Shown in pieces: positions 1-9,707 of a stretch of 48,000 nt of DNA. Origin of the DNA: Microcoleus sp. (GTDB taxonomy: Bacteria > Cyanobacteriota > Cyanobacteriia > Cyanobacteriales > Microcoleaceae). The notes under the pieces were generated by a model. That model saw only the letters and a program-made list of their open reading frames with translations, had not been told where the DNA came from and did no database searches. The stretch lies in contig JAYFMW010000005.1 in assembly GCA_042408215.1 (NCBI GenBank), positions 118,880-166,879 of the forward strand. Reading direction: 5' to 3'. The stretch's first letter is position 1, and every line of letters starts with the position of its first letter. The translations under genes were made by a program, and so were the position numbers.

Positions 1-57
1 ATCTCCACATTCATCCGCGTTAATCCCCGTTAATCTGCTTAAATCTGCGGTTAAAAA

Positions 58-1491
58 ATGAATCCAAAAAACCTACAAATTAAACTGCTAGCATTAACAC
101 TAATTTTATGCTTATCACAGCAATTAATCGCGTGCAGCTTGCTCAAAAAACCCTTTCAACTGCCCGCCTCAGCCAAACAAGAACCCTGGGCCGTTCAAAC
201 TGGCCTCCGAGTCAACATCCTCCGCGACAACATACCAATTGTTAACCGCATAGTTTTAGTCCCCGACGAAGCCACATTCTTAGCAGCAATCCAAAAATGG
301 AACCTCAAAGGACACTGGCCAATTCTGCTCGAAGATAATAAATATACGCCCATGTTTCTCAAGCGCTTTCAACCCGCTGAAATAGTCCGTTTACCGAGCA
401 TCAAACAGCAACTCCCAAAAGGTCAAAAACTCCAACAATTGATGCTGAACGCATCAGCAGCGGCCTGGAATGCCACGAATACTCAAACCTTAAAAGCCAA
501 ATGGACGGAACTCGGCTGGGAACCGCCAGGAGTAGTAATCACATCAGAAAATGACCCTGCAAGGATAGCGGCAGTTGCTTTAGCCGCCGATCGCGGTCAA
601 CCCTTAGTATTTTTAGAAGGTAACTTCGGAAAGCCTAATGATACCCTCAATCAGCAACAGTGGCAAACTCTGCAAACGGCAGTTACAACAGCCGTCGAAT
701 CCACCGGATATTTTTATTCCCAACTCGGCGATGCGATCGACACAATCACCATTGTACGCCAACTAGCCGTAAAATATCAATCTCCTGAAAAGCCGGAGGA
801 ACAACTAGCCGTTACTGACGGTTTGGGACGGCACCCTAACGGCGAACGCTGGGCCGCTGCCGGCTGGATTTACGGTTCCTCAGTGCGATCGATTTATCAA
901 GTCATGTGTTCTATATTTCTCGACTCTCAAACAGCCATGCTTTATGACAGTTACCCCAAGGAAGGAAGTTGGGAAAAATATGAAATGAACTCAGCATCTA
1001 GCGGATTAAAAACACTAGGTTTTGATGTACAATTAGTTGAAAAACCAGAATCTAGCCTCCAAAAGTGGCGGAATTTAGCATCAAAAGAATGGGAATTTGA
1101 CTTGATATTGATGAATTCCAAAGGCTATCAAAAATCCTTCCAAGTTGGCAACGGCGACGCTTTAGTAGAAGACCTCCCAAAACTCAAATTTCCCGCAGCA
1201 GTTCACATGATACACAGTTGGTCTGCCGCAGCACCCGATGACCAAAATACCGTTGCCGGACGGTGGTTAGAAAATGGCGCTTATGCCTATGTTGGGAGTG
1301 TCAATGAACCTTTTTTATCTGCATTTATTCCGCCGAAATTAATGGTCGATCGACTTTTGCGATCGGCTCCATTTTTAATCGCAGCCCGCCAGTTAGAATC
1401 GCCTCCCTGGAAAGTTGCAACTATTGGCGATCCGCTAATGTCGATCGGCAAACCGAAACCAAGAATTCCACCAACTCAACAACCCATTTAA
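58..1491 (+). CDS. hypothetical lipoprotein (function unknown)
   Basis: 477-aa ORF. The N-terminus MNPKNLQIKLLALTLILCLSQQLIAC looks like a signal peptide ending in a lipobox Cys. I recognise no catalytic motif. Confidence 0.6.
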   Translation: MNPKNLQIKLLALTLILCLSQQLIACSLLKKPFQLPASAKQEPWAVQTGLRVNILRDNIPIVNRIVLVPDEATFLAAIQKWNLKGHWPILLEDNKYTPMFLKRFQPAEIVRLPSIKQQLPKGQKLQQLMLNASAAAWNATNTQTLKAKWTELGWEPPGVVITSENDPARIAAVALAADRGQPLVFLEGNFGKPNDTLNQQQWQTLQTAVTTAVESTGYFYSQLGDAIDTITIVRQLAVKYQSPEKPEEQLAVTDGLGRHPNGERWAAAGWIYGSSVRSIYQVMCSIFLDSQTAMLYDSYPKEGSWEKYEMNSASSGLKTLGFDVQLVEKPESSLQKWRNLASKEWEFDLILMNSKGYQKSFQVGNGDALVEDLPKLKFPAAVHMIHSWSAAAPDDQNTVAGRWLENGAYAYVGSVNEPFLSAFIPPKLMVDRLLRSAPFLIAARQLESPPWKVATIGDPLMSIGKPKPRIPPTQQPI

Positions 1492-1496
1492 AAAAC

Positions 1497-1548
1497 TGGG
1501 AATTGGGAATTGGGAATCGGTAATTGGGAATTGGGAATTGGGAATTGG
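1497..1548. repeat. heptanucleotide tandem repeat (GGGAATT type, STRR-like)
   Basis: The run ctgggaattgggaattgggaatcggtaattgggaattgggaattgggaattgg follows the stop codon directly. Confidence 0.85.
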
Positions 1549-1710
1549 TAGCCGATCGCAAATAACAATAGTCCTGGACGCAAAAAACCCGGTTTCTCCC
1601 AAAAATCGTGCAACCGAGAGATATTGACACAGGGTTTCGGCGGAGTTTATCCTGAGCGTAGTCGAAGGGCTCAACCACCAGGGTTTTTGGTCCCCGTGCG
1701 TAAGTCCTGA

Positions 1711-1768
1711 ACAACTAACAAATAACAACTAACAAATAACCAATAATCAATAACCAATAATCAATAAC
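1711..1768. repeat. AT-rich short tandem repeats (ACAACTAACAAATA x2, CAATAAC/CAATAAT units)
   Basis: The repeats are visible directly in the sequence. Confidence 0.7.
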
Positions 1769-2023
1769 TCACTGAATGCGTAAATATACTCAACCACCAT
1801 TACCGCGCAATTTCTGTAAGTTTCAATGTAACTGAGTATACAATTTCCCACCTAAAATCCGTTGACTCTCAGAATCAGCCATTCCACCCCAGCCACCACC
1901 ACAAAAAATCCTCTCTAAAATCATCCTTAATTAACTTGTCAATTCCCATAAAATCGCTCAAAATTAAAATAAGAAATAAAATGTAATATTTATCTAAATT
2001 CTCACAGAAGAATTAATCCCTAG

Positions 2024-3607
2024 ATGAGAGCCACCCATCCTGTAGACTTGCTGCTGCCGGGCCCAACCGCAAACACTCCCTATGCTTCCCCCCTGAGCCC
2101 AGTAATCAACCGCCTGCACCCCAGTCCAGAAACTCTCCTGCTCATCCTCTCCCTAGTCATCGGGGGAGTTACGGGCGCAGGTGTCGTCACTTTTCACTAT
2201 TTAATTCACTTGATCCACACCCTCATGCTCGAAGACTTGATGGGGGTAATTTCCAAAGCAGGCTCTTGGACACTAGCCTGTATTCCCACCCTTGGCGGAG
2301 TCGTCATCGGCTTAATGCGCTGGCGGTTTCGGGATTTTGGCCCCAATATGTCTTCGCTGATTGCAGCCACCCGCGGCCTGCAAGAACTCTCCCCCCTCAA
2401 ACCCATCACTAAAATGGTGGCAGCCTCAGTTTCCCTAGGCACCGGCGCTTCCCTCGGCCCGGAAGCGCCCAGCGTCGAAATCGGTGCCAACTTTGGCATG
2501 CTGCTGGCTCAAGTTTTGCAACTTTCCCCAGAACGGCAGCGTTTGCTGCTGGGGGCGGGAGCCGCCGCCGGTTTATCTGCCGGGTTCAACTCTCCCATCG
2601 CTGGAGTATTCTTTGCCTTAGAAGTCGTGCTCGGCAGCACTTTTGCTACTTCGTCAGTGAGCGTTGTCCTGCTAGCAGCCGTAGTTTCGGCACTCATCGC
2701 TCAAATCTGCTTGGGAGCTCAGCCGGCTTTTGCTTTGCCCGTCTACGATGTGCGTAGTCCCTTAGAATTGCCTTTTTACATGGGATTGGGGCTTTTGGCT
2801 AGCCTAGTGTCCCTAGCCTACACTGAGGCAATTCAACTGGCTGAACGCTGTTTTCAAGGGAAAGTCCGAGGATTTGGTTGGCTGGGACGACTGCCGAGGC
2901 CGATTCACCCGATAATCGGTGGTGTCTGCGTCGGCTTAGTAGCTCTGCAATTGCCTCAAATTTTGGGCGTCGGCTACGAAACAGTCCAAGCAATGCTCCA
3001 AGATGTCAAATTTTCCTTGCCTTTGCTGCTGATCCTGCTGTTCGTCAAACTAGGGGTGACAGCAATCAGCCTCGGTAGCGGTTTAGTGGGCGGCATTTTT
3101 GCTCCGGCGATGTTTTTGGGTGCTTCTCTGGGTTCGGCTTATGGCCTCTTTTTGGCAATGGTGCCGGTTTTAAGCGATCGCGTGGCCGGCCCCCCCGCCT
3201 ATGCAATGGTGGGAATGGCTGCGGTCCTCGCCGGTAGTGCCAGAGCTCCGCTGACAGCTATTCTGTTGATGTTTGAGTTGACTAGGGATTACCGGATTGT
3301 CTTGCCGTTAATGGCCGCAGTCGGATTGAGCGTTTGGCTGGTGGAGTACGTTAACCATCGATCGGCAGCCCACAGCCTCAACCTTCAGCAAATGGGCGTT
3401 GATGTGGCCCTCAATACGCCGATTCAGGCAAGAGAAGCTTTGCAGGATTGGGAAGATGTTCTGGGCGATCGCATTGTCACAGAACTGATTTCTTGCCAAA
3501 TTCCCATCGATCGGGAACACACTGGCGACGAGCCTGTGCTGGCGATGGCTAATGCACATTTGCCGGAAAATGTCAAGCCATTACCTGAAACAAAATCAGC
3601 AGTTTGA
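2024..3607 (+). CDS. ClC family chloride channel / H+-Cl- antiporter
   Basis: 527-aa polytopic protein with ClC signature segments GPEAPSVEIG (GxEGP-like), GFNSPIAGVFFALE and GGIFAPAMFLGASLG (GxFxP). No CBS domains at the C-terminus. Confidence 0.85.
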   Translation: MRATHPVDLLLPGPTANTPYASPLSPVINRLHPSPETLLLILSLVIGGVTGAGVVTFHYLIHLIHTLMLEDLMGVISKAGSWTLACIPTLGGVVIGLMRWRFRDFGPNMSSLIAATRGLQELSPLKPITKMVAASVSLGTGASLGPEAPSVEIGANFGMLLAQVLQLSPERQRLLLGAGAAAGLSAGFNSPIAGVFFALEVVLGSTFATSSVSVVLLAAVVSALIAQICLGAQPAFALPVYDVRSPLELPFYMGLGLLASLVSLAYTEAIQLAERCFQGKVRGFGWLGRLPRPIHPIIGGVCVGLVALQLPQILGVGYETVQAMLQDVKFSLPLLLILLFVKLGVTAISLGSGLVGGIFAPAMFLGASLGSAYGLFLAMVPVLSDRVAGPPAYAMVGMAAVLAGSARAPLTAILLMFELTRDYRIVLPLMAAVGLSVWLVEYVNHRSAAHSLNLQQMGVDVALNTPIQAREALQDWEDVLGDRIVTELISCQIPIDREHTGDEPVLAMANAHLPENVKPLPETKSAV

Positions 3608-3669
3608 CTAAGCTCAAATCCCGTTGCTTCCTGACAAAACCAATAACCTCAACGCTAAATCTTACAACT

Positions 3670-4557
3670 ATGATATTTATCAACCCTAAAACAGATTACG
3701 CCTTCAAAAAAATCTTCGGTTCCTCAGAAAGCAAAGACATTCTTATTAGCTTTCTCAACGCCTTGATTTATGCAGGCAATTCCACCATTGAAGACTTAGA
3801 AATTATCAACCCGAATCTTCCCCCCAAAGTAGAAGGGTTAAAAGATACTTATCTGGATGTGAAAGCCCAACTCAACGATGGCACTTTAGTAATTATTGAA
3901 ATGCAGGTACTCAACGTACAGTCTTTTGGGAAGCGAGTTTTGTACAATGCAGCTAAAACTTATGCTTTTCAATTGCAAGCAGGAGAAGGCTATCGAATGC
4001 TGAAGCCTGTGATTGCTTTGACAATTACTGATTTTGAGATGTTTCCGTCTAGCGAAAACTTAATTTCGAGATTTGTCTATAAAGAAGTAAATACCAACTT
4101 GACTTATCCCGAAAACGAGGTGGATTTAGTGTTTGTAGAGTTGCCAAAATTCACCAAAGAACAGCATCAGCTAGAAACTTTGACAGAGAAATGGATTTAT
4201 TTCATGAAATATGCTAGGAGTCTCACATCAGTACCAGAAGAAATGGACAGCATACCTGAAATTCATAAAGCTTTTGATATTGCGAATCAAGCCAAGTTAA
4301 GTCGGGAAGAAGTGGAAGATTTGGACAGAAGAGAACAGTTTATTTATGACCAGCAGGGAGCGATTCTTAAGGCTTCTCAGGCAGGAATAGAACAAGGGCG
4401 AGCAGAAGGGATGCGATCGAAGGCGATCGCGATCGCCCGACAATTACTTTCACGGCTAGATGATGACACCATTAGCCAAATTACCGGGCTTACCGTTGAG
4501 GATGTGCGGAATTTGCGTGAAGGGAAGCTATCCCGAAGGGAATCGGACGATTCATAG
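3670..4557 (+). CDS. Rpn family recombination-promoting nuclease / PD-(D/E)XK putative transposase
   Basis: The N-terminus MIFINPKTDYAFKKIFGSSESKDILISFLNALI is the hallmark of this family. I moved the start from the TTG at 3604 to the ATG at 3670. Confidence 0.8.
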   Translation: MIFINPKTDYAFKKIFGSSESKDILISFLNALIYAGNSTIEDLEIINPNLPPKVEGLKDTYLDVKAQLNDGTLVIIEMQVLNVQSFGKRVLYNAAKTYAFQLQAGEGYRMLKPVIALTITDFEMFPSSENLISRFVYKEVNTNLTYPENEVDLVFVELPKFTKEQHQLETLTEKWIYFMKYARSLTSVPEEMDSIPEIHKAFDIANQAKLSREEVEDLDRREQFIYDQQGAILKASQAGIEQGRAEGMRSKAIAIARQLLSRLDDDTISQITGLTVEDVRNLREGKLSRRESDDS

Positions 4558-4708
4558 TTTAAATTAATTGGGCACAGGAAGTGGATTTTTGATGTTACTC
4601 GTCACCGATCGCCCACTAAAACCCCTCGCTCTAGCAGACAGTGGCGCTACCCTCAACTCTGGGCTAAAATGATCGAAAATTATTCACAACCAGCCCAGAG
4701 GCTCTGAG

Positions 4709-5188
4709 GTGACTCCTAACGAGGCAAATGCCAACAGCAAAAGTCAGAAAATACCGGGCCAAACCCCCTTGGGTTCTGGTTACTACGGCTTGTTAGGGCT
4801 GCATCCTTCCGCATCGCCGATCGAAATTCGGCGATCGTACCGGGAACTGAGCAAAATATACCATCCCGATACCACCGACTTGCCACCCACAGTCGCTACC
4901 GCCAAATTTCAGCAGCTTAACAACGCCTACGCCACCCTCAGCAACCCAGAACGTCGCCTCGCCTACGACCTCAAAGTAGGCTATTCTCCCATGAACGTGA
5001 TTCAGCAGCAAAGAGGTTTCAACACTCCGGTTTCTCGATCGCGGGCAAAAAATTTCAACTCGGCTTACCTCGATCCCACCGATCGCCCCCTTTCTCCAGG
5101 AGAAATATTCGCCCTGTTTATCATGGGGGCTACCTTAATCGGATGTTTGATACTGGCGATCGCGATCGGGCTGATTCGTGGTAATTGA
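4709..5188 (+). CDS. J-domain (DnaJ-like) protein with C-terminal transmembrane helix
   Basis: J-domain segment YYGLLGLHPSASPIEIRRSYRELSKIYHPDT contains the HPD motif. A hydrophobic C-terminal helix is present (IFALFIMGATLIGCLILAIAIGLI). The GTG start is uncertain. Confidence 0.8.
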   Translation: MTPNEANANSKSQKIPGQTPLGSGYYGLLGLHPSASPIEIRRSYRELSKIYHPDTTDLPPTVATAKFQQLNNAYATLSNPERRLAYDLKVGYSPMNVIQQQRGFNTPVSRSRAKNFNSAYLDPTDRPLSPGEIFALFIMGATLIGCLILAIAIGLIRGN

Positions 5189-5210
5189 CCCCAAAATTGG
5201 GATACAAGCC

Positions 5211-5233
5211 CCGTCCTTTGAGGACGGCTTTTT
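5211..5233 (+). terminator. candidate intrinsic terminator after the J-domain gene
   Basis: ccgtcc-tttga-ggacgg forms a 6-bp stem and is followed by cTTTTT. The stem is short. Confidence 0.4.
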
Positions 5234-5435
5234 GCTAGAATAAATTAAGTCAACGCTTCTCCTTTCGCGAGCGCGCACCGCCTAGGGCATTGGGAGACTC
5301 GCAGAGACAGACGCAGAGACAGAGTAAGACTACTACGCTCGCATCAGTCGATGAAGCGTCAAGAATCACCGCTGCTCCATTCACGGTGAGTATGTCAAAA
5401 CTAAAAGTTCTAAATTAAAAATTAACCACAGTCTT

Positions 5436-5591
5436 CCCCATTCCCAATTCCCCATTCCCGATTCCCCATTCCCCATTCCCGATTCCCCATTCCCAATTCC
5501 CCATTCCCCATTCCCCATTCCCCATTCCCCATTCCCCATTCCCCATTCCCCATTCCCCATTCCCCATTCCCCATTCCCCATTCCCCATTCC
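5436..5591. repeat. STRR-type heptanucleotide tandem repeat (CCCCATT, with CCCAATT/CCCGATT variants), ~22 units
   Basis: The repeat is visible directly. It produces the spurious GEWGMGN-repeat ORFs on the minus strand. Confidence 0.9.
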
Positions 5592-5593
5592 TT

Positions 5594-5866
5594 ATGACAC
5601 TTCCCTCCCCTGACACCCCTTTGTACAACCATCCACTCCCAGAAATCGAGCAGTGGCTGAAAAGCCGCGGCTGCGAGCAAAACCTGCGAGAACTCCACTG
5701 CTGGAACATCGATCGACCTACATGGAAAGCAGAACTCTCCCTCGAAATCGATCAACTCACCATCCGCTACATCAACGCCGGAAACGACGGTCAAGACATT
5801 CAGCGCTTCTTCAAATACTCCCTCTCCCGTCAGGACATTGAAGCAGCAGTTTTTTCCGGCCCATGA
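5594..5866 (+). CDS. DUF3143-like conserved cyanobacterial/plastid-lineage protein
   Basis: 90-aa ORF. The sequence MTLPSPDTPLYNHPLPEIEQWL...FKYSLSRQDIEAAVFSGP matches my recollection of the DUF3143 family. The start codon abuts the STRR block. Confidence 0.65.
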   Translation: MTLPSPDTPLYNHPLPEIEQWLKSRGCEQNLRELHCWNIDRPTWKAELSLEIDQLTIRYINAGNDGQDIQRFFKYSLSRQDIEAAVFSGP

Positions 5867-5869
5867 TTG

Positions 5870-5913
5870 GATTTTAGATTTTAGATTTTGGATTTTAGAT
5901 TTGCGATTTTAGG
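5870..5913. repeat. heptanucleotide tandem repeat (GATTTTA type)
   Basis: The run gattttagattttagattttggattttagatttgcgatttta is visible directly. Confidence 0.7.
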
Positions 5914-6041
5914 TTGGGAAATACAGACAAAAAGGTGCATTTATTCTGTACATTCACCTTTCCCATAATTATTGTGGAACAGGCATCTTGCCTGTTCAAA
6001 ACTGGCTTTTTGGGAGATTACTAATCCAAAATCTAAAATCG

Positions 6042-6788
6042 TTACACTTTGCCAAATCGGCGGCAGCGTTTCTGATAAGTAGACAAAGCGCGGTGAAACT
6101 CCGATCGATCAAAATCCGGCCACAGCGTCTCAGTAATGTAAATTTCCGAATAAGCCATTTGCCAAAGCAGAAAATTGCTCAATCGCATTTCCCCACTCGT
6201 CCGAATCAACAAATCCGGGTCACAAACATCAGCAGTATACAAATAGCGTTTAAATAAAGCCTCATCAATCTCAGAAGGCTGCAACTTGCCCTCCTGCACC
6301 TGAGTCGCGATCGCCCGACAAGCCTGGACAATCTCCTGACGCCCCCCGTAATTCGTCGCCACCGTAAACCGAATCCCCCGGTTATCCTGAGTTGCTGACA
6401 CACAACGCTCAATTTCCGCCTGCAAAGACTTCGGCAAAGCCTGCAAATTCCCCACAAACTGAATTCGCACGTCCTCTGCTACCATCTCCCGCAATTCTTC
6501 CCGCAATTTTCCCTCGAACAGACTCATCAAAAAATCCACCTCGCCCTCCGGTCGGCCCCAATTCTCCGTCGAAAAAGCATAAACTGTTAAAGCTGGAATA
6601 CCCCAATCTTTGCAGCATCTGAGCAGTTCCTTCAGAACGCTCGCCCCTCGGCGGTGGCCCATAATCCTGGGCAACCCCTTATCCTTAGCCCAGCGCCCGT
6701 TCCCGTCCATAATCACCGCTACGTGCTGAGGTAGCCGTTCTTGTTCTAGATCGGCCGGCAACTCTTCCAAGCAAATTCCTTGACTCAT
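6042..6788 (-). CDS. uppS: isoprenyl transferase / undecaprenyl diphosphate synthase
   Basis: [14 protein letters not shown] plus [20 protein letters not shown] are classic cis-prenyltransferase motifs. I placed the start at the ATG at 6788, which forms an ATGA overlap with the cdaA stop. The ORF track starts at 6845. Confidence 0.9.
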   Translation of the reverse strand: MSQGICLEELPADLEQERLPQHVAVIMDGNGRWAKDKGLPRIMGHRRGASVLKELLRCCKDWGIPALTVYAFSTENWGRPEGEVDFLMSLFEGKLREELREMVAEDVRIQFVGNLQALPKSLQAEIERCVSATQDNRGIRFTVATNYGGRQEIVQACRAIATQVQEGKLQPSEIDEALFKRYLYTADVCDPDLLIRTSGEMRLSNFLLWQMAYSEIYITETLWPDFDRSEFHRALSTYQKRCRRFGKV

Positions 6789-7705
6789 GGTTTCTCCCGA
6801 TTCGCCGACGACGGACGACGCAGTATCCGCTTTAATAGTGTCCATACTTTCAATCCTATCTGGCGTCCGAAATTACCTATAGGAATTGGGGTGACAGTTC
6901 TTTCTCCCTCCGACGGAAATAGCTTCGCCTCCAGCAACTCTTTCAGTTTGTTGCTTGTCAAAGGTCGATTTAGAGTTCCCATAAAGGCTAAAGAAATAGA
7001 ACCCGTTTCCTCAGACACCACCACGCACACACAGGCTTGCACCCGTTCGGTAATTCCCATCGCCGCCCGGTGGCGGGTTCCCAACTGTCGCGATGCGGTG
7101 CGATCGGACAAAGGCAAAATTACCCCCGCCGACACGATCCGCGAAGCTCGAATCAACACAGCCCCATCGTGCAGTAAAGTTTTTGGTTGAAAGATCGTCT
7201 GCAACAATTCCTTAGACACTTCCGCATTTAGCTTCACTCCCGGCACCGAAAAATCCCGATCGTCGATCGGAGCATCTGTTTCTACAATTAGTAAAGCGCC
7301 CGTGCGGTTTTGCGAAAGTTCTTTTACTGCGTCCACAATTTCATCTATTACGCTGTCCGGTTCAGGAGTCGGTCGGCGATCGCGTCCAAACAACTGCAAA
7401 ATCTCCCCTCTACCCAATTGTTCCAGAAATCGTCTAAACTCCGACTGCAAGATCACCGCCATTGCTACAGCCGAACCTGTTACCAAGCTGTTGAGCGCCA
7501 CATTCAGCAGCCTCAATCCAGCCCAGTTGCTCACTGCCGACGCCAGCATTAAAATAATAAATCCCCGTACCATCCACAGCGTCCGGCGCTCCCCGACAAT
7601 GACGAGCACCAAATACGCAAGGGCAAATACCAATCCAATATCGATCGCCTGAATCAGCAAGGATTGAACGAGGCCAAAGTCATAGCCAGATTGTTGATTG
7701 TTCAT
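6785..7705 (-). CDS. cdaA: diadenylate cyclase CdaA (c-di-AMP synthase)
   Basis: N-terminal TM helices are followed by DisA_N motifs [15 protein letters not shown] and GTRHRAA. Its position between lysA and uppS is the typical cyanobacterial arrangement. Confidence 0.9.
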   Translation of the reverse strand: MNNQQSGYDFGLVQSLLIQAIDIGLVFALAYLVLVIVGERRTLWMVRGFIILMLASAVSNWAGLRLLNVALNSLVTGSAVAMAVILQSEFRRFLEQLGRGEILQLFGRDRRPTPEPDSVIDEIVDAVKELSQNRTGALLIVETDAPIDDRDFSVPGVKLNAEVSKELLQTIFQPKTLLHDGAVLIRASRIVSAGVILPLSDRTASRQLGTRHRAAMGITERVQACVCVVVSEETGSISLAFMGTLNRPLTSNKLKELLEAKLFPSEGERTVTPIPIGNFGRQIGLKVWTLLKRILRRPSSANREKP

Positions 7706-8092
7706 GATTCATTGAACGCTACCGCCTCTGAACCGTGAATCTTGATGCACTCGAACCTGTGAACCATCAACGGTTTTTTTTCCCATCTCGTTACTGGAAC
7801 AAGGCAAAAATGTGGGTGATTTTTGCATTTTTAATTCCCGTCAAACTGGCCTATCAAATTGTCTGTCTTAAAATACAACTGACGAGGGTAGTAAATACCA
7901 CAGTTAGTTAATTTTTGAGACTCACAGCCGATGAATTCAATAATAATTTTAAACTCATCATCTGTGTAAATTAATATTTGTTGGCATCCAAACAGAATGT
8001 TTGTTACCGATACTTTTATAGCGAAGCTATAGGAGCATATGTTGTCAGATAAGTAGGTCGCTCTAATTAAACGTAAAACGCGCTCCCTGTTA

Positions 8093-8123
8093 GATCCCCG
8101 ACTTCTTTAAGAAGTCGGGGATC
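8093..8123. repeat. perfect 31-nt palindrome GATCCCCGACTTCTT-T-AAGAAGTCGGGGATC (dispersed cyanobacterial hairpin; possible lysA terminator)
   Basis: Perfect inverted repeat ~50 nt downstream of the lysA stop. A related hairpin lies at 43928-43958. Confidence 0.7.
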
Positions 8124-8170
8124 TCAGTATTCTGTAACAACTAAAAATTGATTATGTTACTTTTTACTCT

Positions 8171-9592
8171 TTACTGTTGAGCTGCGAGTCTTTCTGGAAG
8201 GCGATCGAACCTCAGCAAATCCTGGTAAGTTTCCCGCTGTACGATCGTATTAACTTCCCCGTCTCTAACTAAAACCGCCGCCGGTCTGGGTACTCGGTTG
8301 TAGTTAGAAGCCATGCTGTAATTGTATGCCCCTGTAGCCGTGACTACTAGGACATCTCCAGCCTGACACTCTGGCAACTTAGCATCTTTAATCAGAATAT
8401 CGCCTGATTCGCAATGTTTACCAGCAACTGTCACTGTTTCCGTTAAGGGAGCAGACATTTTGTTGGCTGCGAGAATTCGATAAACCGATTGGTAGGTAAT
8501 TGGACGCGGATTGTCCGACATACCGCCATCGACTGCTAAATACGTCCGCATTCCCGGAATGACTTTTTTAGAGCCCACGGTGTAAGCTGTGACGCAGGCT
8601 GTACCTACGAGCGATCGCCCCGGTTCGCAAAGCAATTTAGGTAATGGCAATTCATGCCGATCGCAAGCTGCTACGACTGCGGAGCAAATCGTACTAGCCC
8701 AATCTTGAATGCTGGGAGGATCGTCCGTTTCAGTATAGCGAATGCCCAACCCGCCGCCAATATTAATTTCTGTCGCTGGCAAATCATAACTAAGTGCTTT
8801 TGTCAAGGCCTGAATTATGACTTCGGCTAAATCGTCATGGGGTTGGAGCTCAAAAATCTGAGAGCCGATGTGAGCGTGTACTCCTACGCAAGATAACGAC
8901 GGCTGCTGGCTGAGGAAACTAAAAACTCGATCGAGAGAGTTGGGATCGAATCCAAATTTACTGTCGATTTGGCCAGTTTGAATGTATTCGTGAGTGTGAC
9001 ACTCAATTCCAGGCGTAAACCGCACCATAACTCGTGTCGGCTCACCTGTCGAGTAGCTGACGCCCAATTTTCCCAACTCTGCTAGAGTCTCTAAATCGAG
9101 CCAATTGTCTGCTACGATCGTGCAACCGCTTTCGACAGCGAGCTGGATTTCCTCGCGGGATTTGTTATTCCCGTGAAAGTAGATTTTATTGGGATTCACA
9201 CCAGCTTGTAGTGCTGTGTAGATTTCTCCCGCAGATACCACATCTATACCTAAACCTTCCGAAGATGCGATCGCACAAACCGCCAAACAACTCCAAGCTT
9301 TAGAAGCATAGAGCACTTGAGATTCGCCCGGATAGTAGCGTAAAAAAGCATCTCGATACTGGCGGCTTGTTGCCCGCAGCGTTTCTTCATCTAAGATGTA
9401 CAGTGGCGAGCCAAATTGCTCCACCAAAGCTGTCACCTCGCAGCCTCCTATTTCTAAACGATCGCGACTGTTAACACTGGCTGTCAGTGGTAAAAGTTCT
9501 TGATTGGGCGATCTACTTTCCCTGGCTTCTTTAGACTCAGACAGATACTGAAGTCCAGATTCCACCCCGATAGATTGAGTTGATACCATCGC
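8171..9592 (-). CDS. lysA: diaminopimelate decarboxylase
   Basis: Full-length match to the PLP-dependent DAP decarboxylase pattern (YASKAW, HxHIGSQ, EPGRSLV, CESGD). The ORF track begins at a TTG at 9628. I prefer the ATG at 9592, which is preceded by AAGGA. Confidence 0.9.
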   Translation of the reverse strand, partial: AMVSTQSIGVESGLQYLSESKEARESRSPNQELLPLTASVNSRDRLEIGGCEVTALVEQFGSPLYILDEETLRATSRQYRDAFLRYYPGESQVLYASKAWSCLAVCAIASSEGLGIDVVSAGEIYTALQAGVNPNKIYFHGNNKSREEIQLAVESGCTIVADNWLDLETLAELGKLGVSYSTGEPTRVMVRFTPGIECHTHEYIQTGQIDSKFGFDPNSLDRVFSFLSQQPSLSCVGVHAHIGSQIFELQPHDDLAEVIIQALTKALSYDLPATEINIGGGLGIRYTETDDPPSIQDWASTICSAVVAACDRHELPLPKLLCEPGRSLVGTACVTAYTVGSKKVIPGMRTYLAVDGGMSDNPRPITYQSVYRILAANKMSAPLTETVTVAGKHCESGDILIKDAKLPECQAGDVLVVTATGAYNYSMASNYNRVPRPAAVLVRDGEVNTIVQRETYQDLLRFDRLPERLAAQQ

Positions 9593-9707
9593 GCAATAAC
9601 TATCCTTACTGTCTTTCCCAGTGTACAATTGACCGCAAGCAATTGGGTCATAAGCCCTCAGATTGATGCTTTTGAGTAATTCTAAAATCTAAATTCTCAA
9701 ATCCCCT

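Noticed and set aside
1421-1728. Two 97-aa minus-strand ORFs downstream of the first gene
   Set aside because: They run through the GGGAATT heptamer repeat and a dispersed repeat (the FDYAQDKLRRNPVS-type peptide is a known repeat artefact). They overlap each other in two frames.
5381-5794. 137-aa and 95-aa minus-strand ORFs with GEWGMGN repeats
   Set aside because: They are direct translations of the CCCCATT heptamer array, and they overlap the better-supported DUF3143 gene on the plus strand.
7706-8092. A c-di-AMP (ydaO-type) riboswitch upstream of cdaA
   Set aside because: I could not recognise the conserved pseudo-symmetric ACGGGGA/CCCA-type cores by eye. A covariance-model scan would be needed, so no claim is made.
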